Of a stretch of 64,000 nt of DNA, positions 1 through 10,204 are shown in pieces. Each line of letters begins with the position of its first letter. The first letter of the stretch is position 1. This stretch comes from an uncultured Bacteroidota bacterium (lineage in GTDB: Bacteria; Bacteroidota; Ignavibacteria; UBA10030; UBA8401). Both the position numbers and the translations under genes were made by a program. Under the pieces are notes generated by a model. It was given only the letters and a program-made list of their open reading frames with translations. It had not been told where the DNA came from and made no database searches. The DNA lies in assembly GCA_963843065.1 (NCBI GenBank), contig CAWJKX010000223.1:4780-68779 (forward strand), given 5' to 3'.

Positions 1-792
1 TCGGCTGAAATTCCATGTCTCATTGTTAATGTGCAGCGCGGCGGGCCGGGACTCGGCACCATTCAACCGTCGCAAGGAGATTATTTTCAAGCGACGAAAG
101 GTGGAGGTCATGGAGATTATCGTCTTTTTGTTCTTGCTCCAGCCTCAGTGCAGGAGATGGCAGACTTTGTGTTTGAAGGTTTTCGCCTTGCGGACAAGTA
201 CCGTAATCCTACAATGATTCTTGCCGATGGCGCCCTCGGTCAGATGATGGAGAAAGTCCTGCTTCCTCCTGAAGGCTCGCTTCCGTACACGGAGAAACCG
301 TGGGCAACAACAGGCAAACCGGAAAAAGGTGATCGAAGAATTCTTACTTCGCTTCACTTGGAACCGGAAAAAATGGAGGAGATCAACCTTAAACTTCAAG
401 ACAAGTACAGGAGGATGAAACAAGACGTCCGGTACGAATTGGTCGGAGAAGAAAAACCGGAAATTGTTCTTGTCGCTTTCGGCCTTATCGCCAGGGTATG
501 TCAGAAGGCGATCGAGCTCGCAAAAGAGCGGGGCATCGGCGTTGCATTGTTGAGGCCGATTACCCTGTTTCCATTCCCGAGCGACGTAATTCATTCCTTG
601 GCGGCTACCACTGATGCGTTCTTGACCGTTGAAATGAATGCAGGACAAATGGTAGAAGACGTGAAGCTGGCTGTGAATGGCGAACGCCCGGTATACTTCA
701 AAGGCCGCATGGGAGGGATGATCCCAACTCCGGAAGAAATTCTTTTTGAGATCGAAGCGATCGCTGAGAAACATCAAACGACAAAAGTGTGA
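1..792 (+). CDS. 2-oxoacid:ferredoxin oxidoreductase, alpha subunit (5'-truncated by window edge)
   Basis: Frame 1 is open from nt 1 (SAEIPCLIVNVQRGGPGLGTIQPSQGDYFQATKGGGHGDY...), the typical OFOR (Kor/Vor-type) alpha core. Beta and gamma genes follow after 11-nt and 18-nt gaps. Confidence 0.85.
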   Translation, partial: SAEIPCLIVNVQRGGPGLGTIQPSQGDYFQATKGGGHGDYRLFVLAPASVQEMADFVFEGFRLADKYRNPTMILADGALGQMMEKVLLPPEGSLPYTEKPWATTGKPEKGDRRILTSLHLEPEKMEEINLKLQDKYRRMKQDVRYELVGEEKPEIVLVAFGLIARVCQKAIELAKERGIGVALLRPITLFPFPSDVIHSLAATTDAFLTVEMNAGQMVEDVKLAVNGERPVYFKGRMGGMIPTPEEILFEIEAIAEKHQTTKV

Positions 793-803
793 TGAGGTGA
801 ATT

Positions 804-1568
804 ATGGATACGGCGACAGGCCCGATGCAGCTCGTCTATGAAAAACCGGAGACGTTGACCGACACGACGATGCACTATTGTCCGGGATGCGGCCACGGCG
901 TAGTCCATCGAGTGTTGATGGAAGTGGTGAAAGAAATGGGCATCCAGAGTAAGACCATAGGAGTTGCGCCGGTTGGGTGTTCTGTCTTCGCGTATAATTA
1001 TATGAACGTCGATATGCAGGAAGCGCCGCACGGACGCGCGAGTGCTGTCGCGACGGGCATCAAACGCGTTCTGCCTGACAAATATGTTTTCTCGTACCAG
1101 GGCGACGGCGACTTCGCGGCAATCGGAACGGGTGAGTCGATTCATACGGTGAACCGCGGAGAAAATATTCTAATGCTTTTCATCAACAACGCCATCTATG
1201 GAATGACGGGGGGACAAATGGCGCCGACGACGATTCTTGGCCAGGTGACTTCGACGTCGCCGTACGGACGGAATTCCGACCTTATGGGATTTCCGTTGAA
1301 GATCACAGAACTTGTCGCGCAATTGCCCGGCGCGTATTACGTAACGAGGCAATCGGTTCATACGGCTGCAGCGGTAAGGAAATTGAAAAAAGCAATTGAA
1401 GCGTCGTTTCAGTACCAGCCGCTGAAAAAAGGGACATGCTTCATCGAAGTCGTCTCCAATTGTCCGTCGGGATGGAAGATGACTCCCGTTGAAGCGAATG
1501 TGTGGATGGAAAAAAATATGTTCCCGTTATATCCGATCGGCGATTTAAAAGTGCCGAAACAGAACTAA
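804..1568 (+). CDS. 2-oxoacid:ferredoxin oxidoreductase, beta (TPP-binding) subunit
   Basis: 254-aa ORF with YCPGCGHG, GDGD and NNAIYGMTGGQ motifs typical of OFOR beta subunits. Confidence 0.9.
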   Translation: MDTATGPMQLVYEKPETLTDTTMHYCPGCGHGVVHRVLMEVVKEMGIQSKTIGVAPVGCSVFAYNYMNVDMQEAPHGRASAVATGIKRVLPDKYVFSYQGDGDFAAIGTGESIHTVNRGENILMLFINNAIYGMTGGQMAPTTILGQVTSTSPYGRNSDLMGFPLKITELVAQLPGAYYVTRQSVHTAAAVRKLKKAIEASFQYQPLKKGTCFIEVVSNCPSGWKMTPVEANVWMEKNMFPLYPIGDLKVPKQN

Positions 1569-1586
1569 ATTGGACGAGGCAGGAAG

Positions 1587-2153
1587 ATGAACACTGCTCA
1601 TGAAATTATCATAGCCGGTTTCGGAGGGCAAGGCGTTCTGTCGATGGGTCAGATTATTGCGCATGCTGCGATGGAAGAAGGGAAAGAAGTGAGTTGGATG
1701 CCTTCGTACGGTCCTGAGATGAGGGGCGGTACCGCAAACTGCATCGTCATTGTTTCATCGGCGAGAATCAGTTCGCCGATCGTTTCTAAGTTTGATTCGG
1801 CCATCCTTCTCAACCAGCCTTCACTCGACAAATTCGCCGACGCGGTGAAGCCCGGCGGACTGATTTTGTTCGAGTCATCGAGCGTCATTTCGCCGTCATC
1901 CCGCACGGATGTAGAATCTCTGGGCATCGATGCCCAGGAAGAGGCACGCAAGCTCAATAAAAAGCAGGTCGCAAACATGATCATGCTTGGAGCATTTCTC
2001 GAGCGCCGGCCGATTGTTTCGCCTAAAAATGTAATACAGGCATTGAAGGAAGTATTGCCTGAACGTCATCATCATCTATTGCCCCTCAACGAAGAAGCAT
2101 TGATGCGAGGGAAACAGATTGCTGTTGAATCGGCGCACGAAACCGTACAGTGA
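1587..2153 (+). CDS. 2-oxoacid:ferredoxin oxidoreductase, gamma subunit
   Basis: 188-aa ORF with IIIAGFGGQGVLSMGQII...YGPEMRGGTANC, the typical OFOR gamma fold. Third gene of the operon. Confidence 0.85.
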   Translation: MNTAHEIIIAGFGGQGVLSMGQIIAHAAMEEGKEVSWMPSYGPEMRGGTANCIVIVSSARISSPIVSKFDSAILLNQPSLDKFADAVKPGGLILFESSSVISPSSRTDVESLGIDAQEEARKLNKKQVANMIMLGAFLERRPIVSPKNVIQALKEVLPERHHHLLPLNEEALMRGKQIAVESAHETVQ

Positions 2154-2196
2154 GCCTGTTCGGAATTGAACAGAAACCGGAAAAGGTAGGGTCCTT

Positions 2197-2457
2197 ATGA
2201 ATCTTGAAAATCTTCGCTGCGATCATCAGTGCAGAAACACCTGCGCTATGTTAACGGCCGCCCTCGCGCAAGAGACGATGACCGTTCGTTTCTATCAGCA
2301 AGTACTGACACAATGCGATGAACCGGACGTGCACAATTTTGTCCGCTCCATCGTCGAAGACCGGAGTGCATCCGTCATCCGCATCATGCAAAAGCTCAAT
2401 GAGATCAAAGCTCGCTCTCAAACAATGGACGGCATTCAGTCCAGCTTTCAATCCTGA
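2197..2457 (+). CDS. Small hypothetical protein (86 aa, four Cys, predicted helical)
   Basis: ORF lies directly downstream of the gamma subunit and ends just before a strong terminator. No family recognised. Confidence 0.4.
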   Translation: MNLENLRCDHQCRNTCAMLTAALAQETMTVRFYQQVLTQCDEPDVHNFVRSIVEDRSASVIRIMQKLNEIKARSQTMDGIQSSFQS

Positions 2458-2468
2458 TTCTCTTCTGC

Positions 2469-2512
2469 AAAAAAGACCTTGTCAAGGGTTGAAACCTTGA
2501 CAAGGTCTTTTT
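2469..2512. terminator. Bidirectional rho-independent terminator
   Basis: 13-bp perfect stem GACCTTGTCAAGG (2475-2487) / CCTTGACAAGGTC (2495-2507) with a 7-nt loop. Flanked by an A-tract (2469-2474) and a T-tract (2508-2512). Lies between convergent genes. Confidence 0.85.
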
Positions 2513-2542
2513 ATTAACGTGCCATTTCATCCCTCTTTGGCT

Positions 2543-4149
2543 TTATTCGCCTTCCGGCATCGGCTCACGTGATTCCTTTGTAAAGGAAAATACGAGCAGC
2601 ATTATTGAAAAAACAAGATAGGCTGATGTGAACTGGTATGGAATTTTTTGTGCGATTCCTGCGAGATTCCATGGAAGATACATCATCCCGTCCGGTGAAG
2701 CAGAATGTACAATGCCGAAGAACGATAAAACTGCCAGGATCAATAAGTAAGCCGATGATCTTTTCAAATGCCGGTCGATGAGTTCCGCCAAAAATCCCCC
2801 CCACAACATCGCAGTCAGAATAAATCCGTTCCCCAATGCGATTGTTACAAGCATTTCAGGAAGAGATTTGCCCGGAGATTCGAGCAGTCTCTGGAAATTT
2901 TCAGCCGGTACAATATCCGGGTTGGTGAATTTTATTGAAAGCAGCCGTGCAATCGTCGGGAAGAATGCGAACGCGACAGCCGGTGCGTGGCGAACAGGGC
3001 ATGCTTGGAACGATTGCACCACGATATCCATTGCAACAAAAATCAAAATCGGAGCAAGCACAGCTCGTGGAATTAATTCGACAAAGAACGAGACATACCC
3101 GAGGACTCCACCAAGACCGATAAAGATCCCAGTCAATAACGTGTAGCCTGCGCGCGAGCCCATTCGTTTGTATGCAGGCTGGCCGATGTAGGGAGTCGAT
3201 TGCGCGACGCCGCCGCATAACCCAGCGACTAATGTTGCAATAGCTTCAGTCAGAAGAATTGTCCGCGTGTTGTAATTGTCCCCGGCAACACGTGCGCTTT
3301 CAGTCACATTGATGCCTCCGACCACGGTCAGCAAGCCGAACGGAATCGCAATCGGCATGTATTTCCAGGCGTGGCTGAGCCCTTCCATAAACCCAAGCGT
3401 CGGGATGGGGAGCCCGAAATGCAGGTCCATGGGCGGGAACGCCTGAAAATGTTCCGCCTATCCATCCTGTCGGCCCGAGCAAATAATAGAGAGATGTCCC
3501 GATGAGTATTGATGCTAAGACCCCAGGAAAATTTTTCGGCAGTTTGATTCGAGCTACAAGTGAGTAGAAAATAAGTCCGAGCGAGATCATTCCGACAATC
3601 GGCATGCTGAAGATGTCGACCAGTGGAACCAAGCCGATGAGTGCCAGTCCGATGCCGGCCAGCGATCCGAGAAGCCCTGCCTGCGGCACAACCCGCTGCA
3701 CCCACTGCTCCGATGAAAGAAAACAGCACTTTAATAATTCCGATAACGACCATCGTCGCCATTCCAATGTACCAGGTCATCATCGCCGCATCATGCTCTC
3801 CCAGACCTTCGGCTTTCAGCCCGATAAACGCCGGGCCAAGCACGACAAGTGCGATACCGATTGTCGACGGCGTGTCCAGTCCGAGGGGCATTGCCGTAAC
3901 TTTGGTGTTGCCGGTTTTCTTCGCGAGACGGAATGCCATCCATGTGTATACCGCGTCGCCGAAGAGAACGCCGAACGCCGTACCGGGAAACATTTTCGTA
4001 TAGACGATATCGGCCGGAAATTTGAACGCGAAAATCAATATTCCCGCAAGAAAAGAAAGAACGGTCAGGTTATCGAACATCAATCCGAAAAATCCGTTGA
4101 TGTCGCCGACGGCAAACCATTTATATTTTTTTTCATTTTCCATGATCAC
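2543..4149 (-). pseudogene. NCS2/AzgA-type nucleobase (xanthine/uracil/adenine-guanine family) permease, reading frame broken twice
   Basis: Three consecutive minus-strand frames (4149 to ~3705, ~3705 to ~3437, ~3437 to 2543) together give one continuous permease-like polytopic protein (...FSFIG / WVQRVVPQAGLLGSLAGIGLALIG... / MDLHFGLPIPTLGF...GGINVTESA...). Confidence 0.8.
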
Positions 4150-4191
4150 GCCTTTTACGATGATTCAATATAATCAGCAATGACTGTCAGC

Positions 4192-5515
4192 TCAATTGAC
4201 GAACATTCCTGCAATTGAAGCCGTCATCCACGTTGCGATTGTTCCGCCGAGGAGCGACTTGAGGCCGAGCTTCGCAATGTCGCTTCGCCGGTTCTCGGCG
4301 AACGGACCGATGCCGCCGATCTGGATTGCAATGGATGAGAAGTTGGCGAACCCGCACAGCGCATACGTTGCGATGATGATGGCTTTTTGCGAGAGCTGAT
4401 GAGCCGTCATTGCATCGGTCATTTTCGAGTATGCCACGAACTCGTTAAGGACTACCTTAATTCCCATAAGGCTCCCGACGCTCAACGCATCACTCCACGG
4501 TACTCCGATCGCGAAAGCGACGAATTGGAAGACAAGTCCGGTAAGGAGTTCGAACGATATCGGCATACCGAACCGTGCTTGAGTAATAGCGCTCCATCCC
4601 GTTACGTTTCCAACCCACCCGAGGGCGTAGTCGAGCAATGCAATCAATGCGATGAACGCAATGAGCATGCCCGCTACGTTCAACGCGAGCTGGACGCCGG
4701 TCGAGGCGCCTGCCGCAGCCGCTTCGATGACATTCGAATAAGTTTTTTCGATTTTGAGTTTCACGGTCCCCATTGTTAAGCGGTTCGGCTTTTTCAGGGA
4801 AAAGAATCTTTGCGACGACGATCGTTGCCGGACCTGCCATGATGCATGCCGCGAGCAGATGTCCTGCAAAATAGACCTGCGAAGCATCCAGCGATGTCCC
4901 CTGCAATGTTGCGTACGCAGCGCCCAGCATGGTGTAGTAAGCGATCATGACGCCGCCGGAAATATGAGCCATCCCGCTCGTCATGATCGTCATGAGTTCA
5001 GATTGCGTGAGGGTTGAAAGATACGGACGAATGACCAGCGGCGCTTCAGTTTGCCCCATAAAGGTATTGGCAGCCACGCACAACGATTCACTCCCGCTTG
5101 CCCGCATGAATTTTGCCATCACCCATGCCATCGCCTGAACAACTCGCTGCATGATGCCGAGATGATAGAGGATCCCCATGAACGATGCGAAGAAGATAAT
5201 CGTAGGGAGCACCTGGAACGCGAAAAAGAACCCAAAACTCCCCGGAGAACCGACCGAGGTTGCAAGGGGACCAAAAACGAATTGAGCACCATTGGAGGTA
5301 AAACTAAAGAGACGTACAAAGCATTTGCTGATTGTTGCAAAGATAATGTGGCCGACGGCAACTTTGAGAATGAAAAGGGCGAAAACAAATTGCATCACAA
5401 TCCCGATGATCACGAGCCGCCAATTGACGGAGCGCTTGTCGGGAGAGAAGAGAAACGCAATTCCGGTTACGAAGACGAGACCGATCAGCCCGCGGACGAT
5501 AGAAAATATTTCCAT
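4192..5515 (-). pseudogene. nupC: NupC/CNT-family nucleoside transporter, one frameshift near 4775
   Basis: ORF 4490-5515 carries the N-terminal two thirds (...FMGQTEAPLVIRPYL...). ORF 4192-4887 carries the C-terminus (GTVKLKIEK...GFANFSSIAIQIGGIG...). The frames switch between ...PEKAEPL and TMGTVKL. Confidence 0.85.
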
Positions 5516-5627
5516 GCAGCAGCCTCAGCGAAAATAGTGATATGCAGGTTTTCAGCGAATGGACAATCAGGCATCAAAGTATCAAGTTTTCGATAAAAGT
5601 GCTATAGAAAAAGACCATCCTGTCGTA

Positions 5628-5704
5628 GATGTCGGACACCGTATTCAAAAAATCGCACTAAGTTTAAATATTTGGAGCTGCAAATAAGCAAGGTGTCCGA
5701 CATC
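5628..5704. repeat. 13-bp perfect inverted repeat with 51-nt spacer
   Basis: GATGTCGGACACC (5628-5640) and GGTGTCCGACATC (5692-5704), in the divergent nupC/lpd intergenic region. Confidence 0.8.
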
Positions 5705-5726
5705 TTTCCAAGCGCCTTCACTTCAA

Positions 5727-5755
5727 TTGACTTTTCTTATGAGTTTAAGTATATT
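5727..5755 (+). promoter_or_regulatory. Sigma-70-like promoter candidate (TTGACT-N17-TATATT)
   Basis: Near-consensus -35 (5727-5732) and -10 (5750-5755) hexamers with a 17-nt spacer, about 190 nt upstream of lpd. Confidence 0.4.
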
Positions 5756-5852
5756 TTAGACGCATTTTTCCCTTGTTGCCGTTATAAAAGAGATGTTGTT
5801 ATCCCATGAACGATGAAATTCTATGGGTAGATGGTGTTGAATCTTTTCATTT

Positions 5853-5888
5853 AAAAGAGGGAATTGTTATTCCCTCTTTTCTTTTTTT
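5853..5888 (+). terminator. Intrinsic terminator-like hairpin in the lpd leader (possible attenuator or sRNA 3' end)
   Basis: 12-bp perfect stem AAAAGAGGGAAT (5853-5864) / ATTCCCTCTTTT (5869-5880) with loop TGTT. A T-rich tract runs through 5888. No plus-strand gene ends upstream of it. Confidence 0.6.
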
Positions 5889-5942
5889 AATCCCGAAGGG
5901 ATATCCCAAAGGGATCGCTTCGCAACTTCGTGAGAGGAATTC

Positions 5943-7334
5943 ATGGCAGAAAAGCAATATGATGTTGTTGTTATCGGCGGGGGGCCCGGCGGATACATTG
6001 CCGGCATTCGCGCAGGTCAACTTGGTTTGAAGACATTGGTTGTCGAAAAAGATAAACTCGGCGGCATTTGTCTTAATTGGGGCTGTATCCCGACCAAAGC
6101 ACTTTTGAAGAATGCGGAGGTCTATAACCTTCTCCGGCACGCTGATGAGTTCGGATTTTCGTTCGATAATTTGAAGGCAGATTTTTCCGTTGCCGTAAAG
6201 CGAAGCCGGGATATTGCCGGTCGATCTTCGAAAGGAATAGAATTTCTTTTTAAAAAGAACAAAGTTGATTACCTGGCCGGGACGGCGAAAATTGTCTCAA
6301 AGGGAGTTATCGAAGTCGCGCAGGCCGGCAAATCCGACAAGATCAATGCTAAGCATATCATCATTGCGACCGGTGCTCGGCCGAAGACTTTTCCTTCTAT
6401 TAAGATTGATGGCAAACAAATCATCACAAGTTCCGAAGCGATGGTTCTGGGTGCGGCGCCGAAGAGCATGGTCATTATCGGCGGCGGCGCTATCGGTGTA
6501 GAGTTTGCATATTTCTATAACGCCTACGGAACGAAAGTGACTATCGTCGAGATGATGCCGAGTTTGCTGCCGATTGAAGACAGAGAAGTGACGAAGACCC
6601 TCGGACGGGTCTTTTCAAAAAATGGAATTGAAATTCTTACTGAAACAAAAGTTGAAGGCGTCTCAACGGGAAAGGAAGTAACCGTGAGCGTCAGCAATAA
6701 AGAGGGGAAAAAAGATTTGAAGGCAGACATCGCCCTTGTCGCCATCGGTGTTCAAGGAAATATTGAGAATCTCGGTCTCGAAGCGCTTGGCGTGAAGACC
6801 GACCGCTCGTTCATCAAGGTCGATCAATTTTACAAGACAAATGTCGACGGCATTTATGCTATCGGGGACGTGAACGGTCCGCCGTGGCTTGCACACGTCG
6901 CTTCGGCGGAAGGGATTGTTTGTGTGGAAAAGATCGCTGGAAAAACCCCACACTTGATTAATTACGACAATATCCCGGGCTGCACCTATTGCCAGCCGCA
7001 GGTTGCAAGCGTAGGATTGACGGAAGAAAAGGCGCGTGAAAAAGGATACGAAATAAAAATCGGACGGTATCCGTTCCGCTCGCACGGCAAAGCGCTCGCT
7101 ATCAACGAGCCGGAAGGATTTGTCAAATTGATTTTCGATGCGAAATACGGCGAACTTCTCGGCGCACACATTATCGGTTCCGAAGCAACAGAAATGATTG
7201 CCGAGCTTGCCATTGCAAGGACTCTTGAAACGACCCGCGAACAGATTGTCCAAACAATTCACGCTCATCCAACGCTGACTGAAGGAATCGGCGAGGCGGC
7301 ACTTGATGCGTACGGCGAAGCGTTGAATATTTAA
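5943..7334 (+). CDS. lpdA: Dihydrolipoyl dehydrogenase (E3)
   Basis: 463 aa with the FAD motif VVVIGGGPGGY, the redox disulfide GGICLNWGCIPTK and the C-terminal HAHPTLTE interface motif. Confidence 0.95.
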   Translation: MAEKQYDVVVIGGGPGGYIAGIRAGQLGLKTLVVEKDKLGGICLNWGCIPTKALLKNAEVYNLLRHADEFGFSFDNLKADFSVAVKRSRDIAGRSSKGIEFLFKKNKVDYLAGTAKIVSKGVIEVAQAGKSDKINAKHIIIATGARPKTFPSIKIDGKQIITSSEAMVLGAAPKSMVIIGGGAIGVEFAYFYNAYGTKVTIVEMMPSLLPIEDREVTKTLGRVFSKNGIEILTETKVEGVSTGKEVTVSVSNKEGKKDLKADIALVAIGVQGNIENLGLEALGVKTDRSFIKVDQFYKTNVDGIYAIGDVNGPPWLAHVASAEGIVCVEKIAGKTPHLINYDNIPGCTYCQPQVASVGLTEEKAREKGYEIKIGRYPFRSHGKALAINEPEGFVKLIFDAKYGELLGAHIIGSEATEMIAELAIARTLETTREQIVQTIHAHPTLTEGIGEAALDAYGEALNI

Positions 7335-7384
7335 CGCTGCATGCGGGCCGCTGTACAGGCGATTCGCAGTTTACAAACCTGAAC

Positions 7385-8101
7385 ATGAATCAACTTCTTG
7401 TCATCAATCTTGGACGGACGCGGTACGCCGACGCGTGGGATCTGCAGAGAAAAATATTCTCCGCACGTCTAGCTCGGCGTATTCCCGATGTTTTGCTGCT
7501 GACTGAACATGAGCCCGTCTACACGCTCGGCAAAGGCGCGGACATCAACCATCTTCTCGCCGGCGACGTTGAATTACAAGAAAAGAAAATTGATTTGCAT
7601 ACGATTGACCGGGGGGGCGATGTTACGTTTCACGGTCCCGGCCAATTGGTCGGATATCCGATTCTCGATCTTAACGGTTACTATCTCGATATCCATCGAT
7701 ACCTGCGCGACATCGAAGAGGTCTTGATTCGCACGGCAAAAGATTTCGGCATCGGAGCAGAACGTTCCGGCGGATATACCGGCGTCTGGGTGAAGAACGA
7801 TAAACTGGCGGCTATCGGGGTGAAGGTGAGCCGATGGGTAACCATGCATGGATTTGCCTTGAACGTTAACACCGACCTTTCGTATTTCGACAGAATTATT
7901 CCGTGCGGAATTTTTCATAAAGGTGTAACGTCTCTTCGGGCTCTGACAGGGCACGAAGTCGCAATGGCCGATGTTGAAAAGGGGGTAGTCCGTAATATTG
8001 AATCTGTATTCTCAGTTGCATCTCAGCCGATGATGCTCAAAGAGCTTCTCTCGAACAAACATTTCGAAGATGCTTTACCTGTTGAGGAGAAGATTGCATG
8101 A
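7385..8101 (+). CDS. lipB: Lipoyl(octanoyl) transferase
   Basis: 238 aa with TEHEPVYTLG, RGGDVTFHGPGQLVGYPI and AAIGVKVSRWVTMHGFALNV motifs. Confidence 0.9.
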   Translation: MNQLLVINLGRTRYADAWDLQRKIFSARLARRIPDVLLLTEHEPVYTLGKGADINHLLAGDVELQEKKIDLHTIDRGGDVTFHGPGQLVGYPILDLNGYYLDIHRYLRDIEEVLIRTAKDFGIGAERSGGYTGVWVKNDKLAAIGVKVSRWVTMHGFALNVNTDLSYFDRIIPCGIFHKGVTSLRALTGHEVAMADVEKGVVRNIESVFSVASQPMMLKELLSNKHFEDALPVEEKIA

Positions 8102-10193
8102 CAGCGAAAAAAAACGTGATGATGGTCCATAAATTCGAACCTTCACCCCACTGGAATGCAAAGCATGGCAAAGTCCCGCAAGCCTCCAACGGTCAGTTAA
8201 CCAACGCACAGCTCATTCAGGCCTTCCGGACGATGCACCTCTCTCGAAGTATCGACGAGAAATCGATGCTTCTCTTAAAGCAGGGGAAAATCTTATTTCA
8301 TATCAGCGGCCCGGGACATGAGGCGTGCCAGATCGCTGCCGCGATGGCGTTGAAACCAGGGTACGATTGGGCGTATCCGTACTACCGGGACCTCGCATTC
8401 GCATTGCAGTACGGCTCAACCGCATACGAAATATTTCTCGAATCGATGCATCGGTTGGGCGGTCCGAGCTCTAACGGCCGCCAGATGCCGTCGCATTATG
8501 GGAACAAAGCGCTTCGCATTCCCGCACAATCAAGTCCGACGGGCACACAGTTTCTACAGGCTGTGGGGACTGCATTAGGCGCGGTGAAGGAAGGAAAAGA
8601 TGAAGTGGTATACGTCTCTTCCGGGGAAGGGGCGACAAGTGAAGGCGAATTCAGCGAAGCGCTGAACTGGGCGAGCCGGGAAAAGCTGCCTGTGGTCTTT
8701 TTGATCCAGAATAACGGGTACGCAATTTCCGTTCCGGTGAAAGACCAGATTGCGGGATGTTCTATTTATGAATTGTCAAGCGGTTATCCTGATCTCTGTC
8801 GCTTCCACATTGACGGAACAGATTTTGCCGCCTCGTATCGTGCGGCACAGGAAGCATACACCATGCGCGTTCCGGGAAGGGGCCGAGTTTGATCGAGGCC
8901 GATGTTGTTCGATTATTCCCTCATTCATCGTCCGACGACCCCAAGAAATATCTAACGCCGGATGTGATTGAACGGAATCGAAAAAGTGATCCGCTGCCAA
9001 AGCTTGAAAAGATGATTCTTGATTCCGATGTTCTCTCCAAGGAAGAATTGGATCGATTAAAAGCTGAAGTTAAACGAGAAGTGGAAGAAGCCGCGGACAG
9101 GGCCGAGTCGCAGCCAAGCCCCACTGCCGATACCGCGGAACGAAACGTATTCTCTCCCAATATCATCGTCTCAAAAAATAATTTTGAAGAGTCGAGGCAC
9201 GAGGGTAAAAACGTCGTGATGGTCGATGCGATTAATCACGCCCTGCACGAGGAGATGAAGTTCAATCCGAAGATGCTGGTATATGGTGAGGATGTCGCCG
9301 GCAGCAAAGGAGGAGTCTTTACCGCAACGAAAGGATTGACTGCCGAGTTTGGTGAAGAGCGTGCATTCAATTCTCAACTTGCGGAAGCAAGTATTGTCGG
9401 GACTGCGATCGGACTAGCGATCCGGGGTTTCAAACCGGTCGTAGAGATTCAGTTTGGCGATTACATCTGGCCCTCTTTCATGCAATTCAAAGACGAGCTG
9501 GTGAAGCTTCGGTACCGGTCTGACGGAGCTTTTTCCTGTCCAGTCGTTGTTCGTGTTGCCGTTGGGGGATACATCCGGGGCGGGTTATATCACAGCCAGA
9601 GCATCGAGGGATTTTTTGCGCACATGCCCGGTTTGTGGATTGCCATGCCGTCCAACGCAGCGGATGCAAAAGGGTTATTGAAGACTGCGTGCCGGGAAGA
9701 GAATCCTGTTCTGTTCTGCGAACATAAAGGACTCTATCGACAAGGGTTTGCGTCGAGTCCGGAGCCGGATGAAAACTATCTCCTGCCGTTTGGCCTCGCG
9801 AGTGTGAAGAAGGAAGGGAACGATGTAACTATCGTCGCATGGGGAATGATGGTCCAGCGTTCTCTCGAAGCGGCAAAAAAACTTGAGGTGCAGGGAGTGA
9901 GTGTTGAGGTGATCGACTTGAGGACGATTTGTCCGTGGGACAAGGAGACGGTTCTTTCGTCCGTGAAGAAAACCGGAAAGGCGTTGATCGTTCATGAAGA
10001 CACCCGAACCGGCGGATTCGGCGCCGAGATCGGATCAGTGATTGCAGAAGAGTGCTTTCAGTGGCTCGACGCGCCGATCATGAGAGTTGCAGCAAAAGAT
10101 GCGCCGATTCCGTTCGCACCGGCTCTGGAGAACGCGGTTCTTCCTCAGGAAAATGATATTGTTTCGGCGTTGAAAAAAATGGCGGAGTTTTAA
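8098..10193 (+). pseudogene. Fused E1 alpha-beta 2-oxoacid dehydrogenase component (~698 aa), one frameshift near 8855
   Basis: ORF 8098-8892 is the E1-alpha TPP region (SSGEGATSEGEFSEALNWA...LIQNNGYAIS). The frame of ORF 8889-10193 is already open upstream and reads ...HHARSGKGPSLIEADVVRLFPHSSSDD. It continues without a stop into a complete E1-beta (VMVDAINHALHEEM...EIQFGDYIWP...). Confidence 0.8.
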
Positions 10194-10204
10194 TCATCAA
10201 ACCT

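Noticed and set aside
8850-8895. Programmed ribosomal frameshifting as the explanation for the frame breaks
   Set aside because: The break sites share no slippery heptamer or common motif. They occur in many unrelated genes, including the last codons of lipA, frr and a permease. Indel error is the simpler explanation.
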